From positions 192,001 through 256,000 of the forward strand of contig CBDEUM010000029.1 of the NCBI GenBank assembly GCA_965242925.1: a stretch of 64,000 nt of DNA, read 5' to 3'. The stretch comes from Roseibacillus sp. (GTDB lineage: Bacteria; Verrucomicrobiota; Verrucomicrobiia; Verrucomicrobiales; Akkermansiaceae). The translations under genes were made by a program, and so were the position numbers. Every line of letters starts with the position of its first letter. The first letter of the stretch is position 1. The notes below the pieces were generated by a model. That model worked only from the letters and a program-made list of their open reading frames with translations, had not been told where the DNA came from and searched no databases. Shown here piece after piece: positions 30,174 through 37,795 of this stretch.

Positions 30174-31523
30174 GTGAGGCCGTTTCTTCTCGCCATGATG
30201 ACCTTGAGCACGGCCTCCCTTGCGGAGGACTGGCCGCAATACCTGGGAGCAGGCCGTGATGCGGTGTGGCGGGAACAGGATGTCGAACTCGATTTCGCAA
30301 AACGTGCGCCGCGTCTGGTCTGGTCCGTGCCAGTGGGCAGTGGTTACGCCGGGCCCTCGGTAGCGAATGGAAAGGTCTTTCTCATGGACCGTCAGGCCAA
30401 GCCCTTCGTGGCGGAGAAGAGGAAGCCCGGCACCAACGTCAATTTCGTGCGTGGGCGGATCCCGGGTTGGGAGCGTATTCTCTGCCTGGACGAGACCAGT
30501 GGGGAGGTTGTCTGGGAGCACAGCTACCGGGCTGACTATTCATCGGTCTATCCCTACGCGATTGGTCCGCGCACCACGCCCCTGGTGCATGATGGCATGG
30601 TTTATACCCTGGGAGCGGAAGGGCACCTGCATGCCTATACGGGCGACGGGGGCAAATTGATCTGGCACAGGAATATCCTGAAGGATTACGATTTGAAGAC
30701 TCCGCTCTGGGGAACTGCCGGACATCCGATCGTAGATGGAGATCTGCTCATTTGCCCGGTAGGGGGGCAGGGAAGCACGGTGGTGGCCTTTGATCGTGGG
30801 ACGGGTGAGGAGAAGTGGAAGGCCCTCAATGCGCGGGAAGCCGGCTACGGAACGCCGGTGATCGAAACCATCAATGGACATCGCCAGCTTCTTGTCTGGG
30901 ATGCGGAAAACCTCAACGGGCTGGATCCGGGCACCGGAGCAGTGCATTGGAGTGTGCCCTTCAAGCCGGAATACGGGATGGCGATCGGGGCACCCCGAGT
31001 CTGGAAAGACCTCGTCTTCGTCATGGGCTACAACAACAAGTCAGGTGCGGTGCAGGTGGCGCCTGATGGGAAGTCGGCCCGCCTGGCGTGGGGTCGTAAT
31101 CTGCGCAAGGGAGTGGCCGGGGTGATGAACACCGCATGGACGAAGGGAGGCTATATCTATTCGGGAGGACAGCGTGGCTTCTTCCGGTGTGTCAAGATGG
31201 AGACGGGTGAACGGATCTGGGAAACTCGGAAACCTCTCCTCAAGGCGGATGGCTCTGGACGCGGTCCCTGGCCTCATGCCTTCACGGTGCATCATGAACC
31301 ATCCGGGCAGACCCTCATTTTTAACGACCACGGGGAGATGATCAGCGCCCGGCTATTGCCGGAGGGTTACCGGGAAATCGCGCGCACCCGGATCATCGAG
31401 CCGACCCACACGGTGGCGGGAAGGCTCCTGGTCTGGTCCCATCCCGCTCTGGCCAACGGCCGGGTTTACTGCCGGAATGACAAGGAGATCCGTTGTTGGG
31501 ACCTGAGCGCAGGGGATCGGTAG
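30174..31523 (+). CDS. PQQ-binding-like beta-propeller protein (PVC expanded family)
   Basis: Signal peptide from GTG 30174; DWPQYLG; GSGYAGP; GPRTTP; WSHPALANGRVYCRN. Confidence 0.88.
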   Translation: MRPFLLAMMTLSTASLAEDWPQYLGAGRDAVWREQDVELDFAKRAPRLVWSVPVGSGYAGPSVANGKVFLMDRQAKPFVAEKRKPGTNVNFVRGRIPGWERILCLDETSGEVVWEHSYRADYSSVYPYAIGPRTTPLVHDGMVYTLGAEGHLHAYTGDGGKLIWHRNILKDYDLKTPLWGTAGHPIVDGDLLICPVGGQGSTVVAFDRGTGEEKWKALNAREAGYGTPVIETINGHRQLLVWDAENLNGLDPGTGAVHWSVPFKPEYGMAIGAPRVWKDLVFVMGYNNKSGAVQVAPDGKSARLAWGRNLRKGVAGVMNTAWTKGGYIYSGGQRGFFRCVKMETGERIWETRKPLLKADGSGRGPWPHAFTVHHEPSGQTLIFNDHGEMISARLLPEGYREIARTRIIEPTHTVAGRLLVWSHPALANGRVYCRNDKEIRCWDLSAGDR

Positions 31524-31565
31524 TAAGCCGATCAAGGGGTTTTTTTGCTGTGAGATCAGGGGGCT

Positions 31566-33320
31566 ATGGTGCGTAATGGAGTCGTGCCAAGTGGGTCCGG
31601 GGCCATAGTAGTGTTTCTTCTGCTCGCGGGTGGGGTCTTTCCGGCCCATGCCGAGAAGATCATCGATTGGGAGGAGGCGCGCCAGTTCTGGTCCTTCCAG
31701 CCTCCCCGCATTGAAGCCCTGCCGGAGGTTGGCCTGGCGTCTTGGCCGAAAAGAGATCTCGATCGTTTCATCCTGCGCCGTCTGGAAGATGCTAGCCTGC
31801 AACCCGAGCGGGAGGCTGGGCGCATTGCCCTCATCCGGCGCCTGAGCTTCGATCTCACCGGATTGCCGCCCACCGTGGAGGAGGTTGAGGAGTTTGTGGG
31901 CAGTAGCGATTCCCGGGCCTATGAGAAACTCGTCGACCTGCTACTCGCCCGGCCGCAGTTCGGTGAACGTCTTGCCAGCATGTGGCTCCCGGTCATGCGT
32001 TATGCGGAAGACCAGGCGCACCAGGTGGGCAATAACAGCAAGTTTTTCTATCCCCATTCGCACGAGTACCGTCGGTGGGTGATCGAGGCCTTCAATCGAG
32101 ACCTGCCCTTTGACCAGTTCGTGCGCCTGCAACTGGCCGCCGACCATTACGGGGACGAAGACCTCGCGGCGCTCGGATTCCTCGGTCTCGGTCCGCAGTA
32201 TTACAACCGTAAGCGGCTTGACGTCCAGGCCGAGGAGTGGGAGGACCGGGTCGACACCGTAACGCGGGGCTTTCTCGGGCTCACCGTTGCCTGTGCCCGT
32301 TGTCACGATCACTTCTACGATCCGATCACCACCGAGGACTACCATGCCATGGCGGGAATCTTTGCCAGTGTCTCGATGGACAGCCGGAAGGTTGGAGACC
32401 GGACCTTCCATGTCGTGAAGGAGTCCAAGGTCCAGGATCTCAACGTCTTTGTCCGTGGTAACGTGGAAGAGAAGGGACCGGTGGTGCCGCGGGGATTCCT
32501 CAAGGTCCTGGCCAGGGGCGGCGAACGGCGCACCTTTGCGGAAGGGAGCGGCCGGAGGGAGCTGGCGGAGGCGATCGCCGATCCGGAGAACCCCTTGACT
32601 GCCCGCGTCATGGTTAATCGGATGTGGGGGGAACTATTCGGCGTTCCGCTGGTAAAGTCAGCGAGTAACTTCGGTAGCACCGGGGATCGGCCAAGTCATC
32701 CCGGGTTGCTCGATTACCTCGCGATCAAGTTCCGGGAAGGGGGGTGGTCCCTCAAGGCGCTCGTGCGCGAGTTTGTGCTCTCCGCCACCTACCGGCAGGC
32801 CACCACCCGGAAGAAGGATAATACCCTGCTGGCCGGAATGAACCGGAGGCGCCTGAGTGCGGAAATGCTCAGGGACGCCATGCTGGCGGCGAGCGGCGAG
32901 CTGGAGTCCGCCGATCCCGGGGGGGCGTCCCTGAAGGTGAGCGACAAGAAAAACCTACGGAGGACGGTGTATGCCCGGATCAGCCGGAAGGAACTGGATT
33001 CCTTCCTGAGGCAGTTTGATTATCCGGATGCCAATGTGCATGCGGCCGGCCGGGTGGTAACCACTACCCCGATGCAGAAGCTCTATCTTCTGAATAGTCC
33101 CTTTGTCGCGGCCCGGGCCGCGAGGTTGTCAGAGCTGGATAAGGACCTTGAAGGCGAGGAGCGGATCCAGAGCCTCTTCCGCAAGGTGCTCGCCCGGAAC
33201 CCGAGTGCGAGCGAGCAGGCTGGAAGCCTTCGCTACTTTGAGGGCTCCACGAGCGATCGGGACTGGGCAGGTTTCGCCCAGGTGTTACTGTGCAGCAACG
33301 CGTTTCTCTACCGTGATTGA
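31566..33320 (+). CDS. DUF1549 (PSCyt2) + DUF1553 (PSD1) protein lacking PSCyt1
   Basis: FWSFQP; LIRRLSFDLTGLPP; CARCHDH; NPLTARVMVNRMW; PSHPGLLDYLA. Confidence 0.9.
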   Translation: MVRNGVVPSGSGAIVVFLLLAGGVFPAHAEKIIDWEEARQFWSFQPPRIEALPEVGLASWPKRDLDRFILRRLEDASLQPEREAGRIALIRRLSFDLTGLPPTVEEVEEFVGSSDSRAYEKLVDLLLARPQFGERLASMWLPVMRYAEDQAHQVGNNSKFFYPHSHEYRRWVIEAFNRDLPFDQFVRLQLAADHYGDEDLAALGFLGLGPQYYNRKRLDVQAEEWEDRVDTVTRGFLGLTVACARCHDHFYDPITTEDYHAMAGIFASVSMDSRKVGDRTFHVVKESKVQDLNVFVRGNVEEKGPVVPRGFLKVLARGGERRTFAEGSGRRELAEAIADPENPLTARVMVNRMWGELFGVPLVKSASNFGSTGDRPSHPGLLDYLAIKFREGGWSLKALVREFVLSATYRQATTRKKDNTLLAGMNRRRLSAEMLRDAMLAASGELESADPGGASLKVSDKKNLRRTVYARISRKELDSFLRQFDYPDANVHAAGRVVTTTPMQKLYLLNSPFVAARAARLSELDKDLEGEERIQSLFRKVLARNPSASEQAGSLRYFEGSTSDRDWAGFAQVLLCSNAFLYRD

Positions 33321-34729
33321 ACCCCGCTATTCAGGATTAAGCAGGCGTCAGATGCTTGGCCGCCTCGCCGGGGGTGCGGGTCTGCTTGGTCTGGCCGGGG
33401 TGATGCAGCAGAAGGGAGGGTCGGCCTTCGCGGCCAATCCGTCCCTCAACCTGCAGGGAAACCTCCCGGCCCGGGCGAAGCGGGTGATCTTTCTCTTTCT
33501 CAACGGAGGGCCCTCCCATGTGGATACCTTCGACCCCAAGCCGGCCCTGCTGAAGCACGAGGGACAGAAACCTGCCGAGAAGCTCTACCGCGACGGGAAA
33601 AAGGGAGGATTCATGCCCTCGCCCTTCAAGTTCACCAGACACGGGGAGAGTGGGCTGGAGTTCAGTGAGAGCGTTTCGCACCTCGCTAAGCTGGCTGATG
33701 ATGTCTGCATTGTGCGATCGATGCACACCGACGTGCCGAACCATGAGCCGGCCCTGTTGCAGATGCACACCGGAGTGGTGCAGCCCACCCGTCCGTCGCT
33801 GGGATCGTGGGCGCTCTACGGACTGGGATCAGAAAATGAAAACCTCCCGGGCTACGTGGTGCTGCGGCCCAGCCCGAGAACGGTGGTGGGGCCGGCCCTC
33901 TGGAGCAACGGCTTCCTGCCCGCCCGCTACCAGGCGACCAGCATCATCACTCGCGAAATGGCTATCGAGAAGCTGTTGCCTCACATCAAGAGCCGAACCT
34001 TTGACTATGGTGCGCAACGCCGGCAACTCAACTTGTTGGGAGCCCTCAACGAGGAACATCTGCGGGAGCGTGGTGGTGACGCGGAGCTGGAGGCCGATAT
34101 CCGTGCCATGGAGACGGCCTACGCGATGCAGATGGAGGCCACGGAAGCGCTCGACCTCAGCGGGGAAACAAAAGCCACCAGAGAGATGTACGGCACAAGC
34201 CGCTTCGCGAATTCCTGCCTGCTGGCCCGGCGTCTGGCGGAGCGGGGCGTCCGCTTTACCACTGTCTATTACACCAATGACAAGAACAACCAGCCCTGGG
34301 ACACGCACAAGGATCATAACGAGGGGCACAAGGGTCCTCTGTGCTGATGCCGACCGGGCTGCGGCAGGTTTAATCGAGGATTTGAAGCAGCGGGGGCTGC
34401 TCGATGATACCCTTGTCATCTTCGGGGGTGAATTTGGACGGACGCCCTTCGCGGAACAGAAGAAAGAGTCCAAACCGGGTCGAGACCATCACAGCACGGC
34501 CTTTTCCTACCTACTGGCGGGCGGCGGGGTGCAGGGTGGATTTGCCTATGGCTCTTCCGATGAGTTCGGCATGCACGTACAGGACAATCCCATGCATGTG
34601 CACGACTTCCACGCCACCGTCCTGCACCTGCTCGGGATTGATCACGAACAGCTTACCTATCACTATGCCGGTCGTGATTTCCGGCTCACCGATGTCCACG
34701 GCAAGGTGGCGACGGGGATTCTGCAGTAG
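33313..34729 (+). pseudogene. DUF1501 family protein (Tat) interrupted by a +1 frameshift at ~34332-34334 (true pseudogene or assembly error)
   Basis: First frame: SRRQML Tat motif, GGPSHVDTFDPKP, WDTH, then stop at 34347. The shifted frame continues [47 protein letters not shown] to 34729. Removing one G from AAGGGTC restores a single ORF. Confidence 0.88.
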
Positions 34730-34834
34730 CATGTGGATCGGAGTGGAGGGGGATCTCATACCGGATGAACGGATCGGTGTTTCAGTCTCTCCCGCCGCCA
34801 GATACTCGTTCTCGCGGTTGGGGTTGAAGCAGGA

Positions 34835-35377
34835 ATGGGCCTGCTGGCATTGGGGCTTGGATGGTTTTTCCGCCTGCCGGTGACCGCATGGGTGCGGCCT
34901 GATGCGACGGGGATCGTCCTTGGGGTGGTGGGTGCCACGGTCCTCTTTGGGATCCTGCTGCTGTGCCGACGCTTTCCGGTGGGACCGATTGGACGGCTCA
35001 TGCGTTTTGTGGATGCCACGGTGAAACCGCTTTTCCTGAAGTGTCGCCCGGTCGACCTCCTGCTTATTGCGCTTTGTGCCGGCGTGGGTGAGGAACTCCT
35101 TTTCCGGGGCTTGATTCAAGGTGGACTGGCCCGGTGGTGGGGAGAGTGGCCGGCCCTGGCGGTGGCAAGCGTCGTCTTCGGCCTCGCCCACTGCATGACG
35201 AGAGAATATGCGGTTTTTGCCACCGTGCTGGGGTTTCTTCTGGGATGGCTGGTAATCGTGACCGGCGATCTTACCGCTGCCATCGTGGCCCATGCAGGAT
35301 ATGATTTCGTAGCCTTGCTTTTGCTGACGAAGAAGGGTGGGGACGATGAAGTTTCAGGGTCTGGAGGCTGGGATTGA
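34835..35377 (+). CDS. CPBP (Abi/CAAX) intramembrane protease; true 5' end probably ~34765
   Basis: GEELLFRG, FGLAH and AHAGYD motifs. The frame is open and protein-like upstream (SRRQILVLAVGVEAG) back to TGA 34766-34768. Confidence 0.82.
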   Translation: MGLLALGLGWFFRLPVTAWVRPDATGIVLGVVGATVLFGILLLCRRFPVGPIGRLMRFVDATVKPLFLKCRPVDLLLIALCAGVGEELLFRGLIQGGLARWWGEWPALAVASVVFGLAHCMTREYAVFATVLGFLLGWLVIVTGDLTAAIVAHAGYDFVALLLLTKKGGDDEVSGSGGWD

Positions 35378-35455
35378 GCGGTCCTTTTCAGCCTTGGTGA
35401 GAAGATTGCCAATTTCATTGCACGGAAGGGTTGATCCGGCCACCTTTCCATACTC

Positions 35456-36385
35456 ATGAAGGCTCTCCTTGTAATGGTTCTCTCCCTGCTGGTGATTCCC
35501 CTCGCTGGAGCGGAGATGCGGGAATGGAAAACTGCTGATAAGTCAAAGACTCTCGTGGCGGAATACGTCAGTTCCCGTGATGGCAAGGTTACTATTCGCC
35601 GCAAGCGGGACCGGCGCTCGTTTACCCTCTCGCTCGACAAGCTTTCAGAGCAGGATCGGGAATACGTCAAGCAGAGGGAGGAGGAAGCGTCTGGTGATGA
35701 GAGCGGGGAAGCCAAGGACGCGGAGGGGGAATTCGCCAAGCTGATCACCGGCGACTGGGAGCGCGCGGAAGGGCACGGATTGAAGTACCGCATTTATGGC
35801 GCACGCAAATTGCGGAGGGGGAAGGGAGAGGGATATCCCCTGGTGGTCTACCTGCATGGCAGGGGTGGCGATGTAATGAGTCCGCAGGAGCCGGGGGGAG
35901 CCAATGCCTTCACTCGGGATGACAATTACCGCCGGCGGACCTGTTTCGTGATCGCTCCGCAGAATCCCGATCAGCAGGGATGGACCGGGGCCAAGGCGGA
36001 TGGAGTGGTCGAAATCGTGGAGGAATTGATCAAGAAGCTTCCGGTTGATCCCAAGCGGATTTACCTGACCGGCTATTCGATGGGGGGCTATGGAACCTTT
36101 CAGCTGCTGGCCCAGGAGCCCAGGATGTGGGCGGCAGCGGTGCCGGTCGCCGGCGGGGGGAATCCGGGGGCGGTGAAGGATTACCGCAAAGTGCCCATCT
36201 GGGTCTTTCATGGGGAGGACGACAAGGTCGTCCCGGTGAGCCAGAGCCAGGCCATGGTGGAAGCCTTGAAGAAGGCCCGCTCGGAAGTAAAATACACCGA
36301 GTTCCCTGGTGCGGGTCATGGCGTGTCCGGCAAGGTCTACGGTGACGAAAAGGTCCACGAGTGGATGTTCGAGCAGGCGCAGTAG
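35456..36385 (+). CDS. Exported alpha/beta-hydrolase (carboxylesterase/peptidase-like) with N-terminal SHD1 domain
   Basis: Signal peptide; REWKTADK..LVAEYV...LSLDKLSEQDREYV (SHD1-like); VYLHG, GYSMG, HGEDD, GAGH. Confidence 0.85.
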   Translation: MKALLVMVLSLLVIPLAGAEMREWKTADKSKTLVAEYVSSRDGKVTIRRKRDRRSFTLSLDKLSEQDREYVKQREEEASGDESGEAKDAEGEFAKLITGDWERAEGHGLKYRIYGARKLRRGKGEGYPLVVYLHGRGGDVMSPQEPGGANAFTRDDNYRRRTCFVIAPQNPDQQGWTGAKADGVVEIVEELIKKLPVDPKRIYLTGYSMGGYGTFQLLAQEPRMWAAAVPVAGGGNPGAVKDYRKVPIWVFHGEDDKVVPVSQSQAMVEALKKARSEVKYTEFPGAGHGVSGKVYGDEKVHEWMFEQAQ

Positions 36386-36469
36386 GCGCTTTGTGCCATT
36401 CTGGATTCTGGATGCCGGGGAGGGATTTTTTCTGAATACCCGGACGGCCTCTTCAGTCCAATGGGCATC

Positions 36470-36736
36470 ATGAAACGACGACTCATCCTCCTGGCGGCAG
36501 CATGTTCCCTGATTGTGATTTGCGGCACGAGCTGTACCACCATGTATGATTCGGCCGGGCGTCCGGTGGATGTCATCACCCCCGAAGGTGCGGCCCTGGC
36601 AGTGGTGGCGGCCGGCGTGGTGGGCTATGCAATCGCCGACGACGGGCACGACAACAGGCACCACCGCAGACATGGCCATGCCCGGAGACCGGCTCACTGC
36701 CGACATGGGCATGACCGGTGCAGGCATTGCCATTAG
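36470..36736 (+). CDS. Small putative lipoprotein with Gly/Ala hydrophobic segment and His/Arg/Cys-rich tail
   Basis: MKRR + hydrophobic stretch + GTSC lipobox-like site; AALAVVAAGVVGYAIA; tail ending CRHCH-stop. ATG 36461 is an alternative start. Confidence 0.7.
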   Translation: MKRRLILLAAACSLIVICGTSCTTMYDSAGRPVDVITPEGAALAVVAAGVVGYAIADDGHDNRHHRRHGHARRPAHCRHGHDRCRHCH

Positions 36737-36806
36737 GTCCGGACAGAGGGCCGGGGCAAAAGGATTTTCGAGTTCCTGTGCCTCCGGAGGAACGTTAGGG
36801 TCGTGC

Positions 36807-37712
36807 GTGCGCACGATCCTGATGTGGTTCCTGGTGGGGCTGGGGCTGATGACGGCAGAACAGCTGCCCCGGGGCGCGGCGAATGCCGAGACAGGCCTGG
36901 TGACCTTCCCGGGTTGCCGATTGATCGACGCCGAGTGGGCTGACGGGGATAGTTTTCCGGTCCGCTTTCCGGACGGAACGATCCACACCGTTCGTCTCTA
37001 CGGGGTCGATTGTCTCGAGACCACGGACCGGCATGAGACGGATCAGCGCCGCCTCCGTTCCCAGCGGGCCTACTTCGGCATTGCCAGGGCCGGGGGTAAT
37101 GAGTCGGCCTCCATCCAGGGGGCCAAGGTGCTTGGGATCGCCGCGCGGGATCGTGTCGGGGAGCTTCTACGCCAGCCGTTCTCCGTGCACACCGCCTGGG
37201 CCGACGCTCGGGGCCATCCCCATTACAAACGGTATTATGCATTCATCACCGGTGGGAAGGGGAAGGACATGGGAAGTGTTCTGGTAAGGGAAGGTCTGGC
37301 GCGGGCCTTCGGGGTTGCCCGGTCGCGCAAGGCGGGAGTGAGCCGGGATGAGTACAAGGAGCGACTCAAGGATGAGGAACTGGCGGCCGCCTCCCGTCGG
37401 GTGGGGATCTGGAAGCTCACGAACTGGGATTCGCTTCCGGAAGAGCGCCGGGTGGAGCGGGCACAGGAGCAGGAAGAGCAATTGGAGGCGCTGCCGCTCA
37501 AAGAGAACTCGATCAATCCGAACACTGCCTCGCGCGACGAGCTGATGCGGTTGCCGGGCATTGGGGAGGTGATGGCGGCCAGGATCATGGAGGCAAGGGA
37601 AGCCGGAGCATTCCGGACGGCGGCGGATCTGGGACGGGTAGCGGGAATCGGGGAAAAGACCGTTGCGAGGATTGCACTGTATCTGTCTTTCCGGGGGCAG
37701 CCGTCGCAATGA
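36807..37712 (+). CDS. Exported thermonuclease (SNase) fused to C-terminal ComEA-type helix-hairpin-helix DNA-binding domain
   Basis: N-terminal hydrophobic segment; ADGDSF, VRLYGVDCLE, KRYYAFI, LVREGLAR, VGIW (SNase); INPNTASRDELMRLPGIG...RVAGIGEKT (HhH). Confidence 0.88.
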   Translation: MRTILMWFLVGLGLMTAEQLPRGAANAETGLVTFPGCRLIDAEWADGDSFPVRFPDGTIHTVRLYGVDCLETTDRHETDQRRLRSQRAYFGIARAGGNESASIQGAKVLGIAARDRVGELLRQPFSVHTAWADARGHPHYKRYYAFITGGKGKDMGSVLVREGLARAFGVARSRKAGVSRDEYKERLKDEELAAASRRVGIWKLTNWDSLPEERRVERAQEQEEQLEALPLKENSINPNTASRDELMRLPGIGEVMAARIMEAREAGAFRTAADLGRVAGIGEKTVARIALYLSFRGQPSQ

Positions 37713-37795
37713 ACCGAACGACTTTGTTCTTTCTGCTCATCGCTGCCATGATCGCAGTGGCGGTGGCGGTGACCTTGAGTGCCTTTGCGGGATGA
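37709..37795 (+). CDS. 28-aa hydrophobic small protein MNRTTLFFLLIAAMIAVAVAVTLSAFAG
   Basis: Manual translation. The ATG overlaps the upstream TGA (ATGA 37709-37712) and the TGA overlaps the downstream ATG (ATGA 37792-37795). Below the ORF-track length cut-off. Confidence 0.65.
   Translation: MNRTTLFFLLIAAMIAVAVAVTLSAFAG

Noticed and set aside
34342..34350. TGC-TGA-TGC as possible selenocysteine readthrough in DUF1501
   Set aside because: In-frame readthrough gives non-homologous sequence and another stop soon after; homology continues only in the shifted frame.
37663..37791. Cys/His-rich N-terminus of SNF2 given by the ORF track
   Set aside because: Overlaps the nuclease 3' end and the 28-aa ORF; ATG 37792 in an ATGA overlap is the more plausible start.
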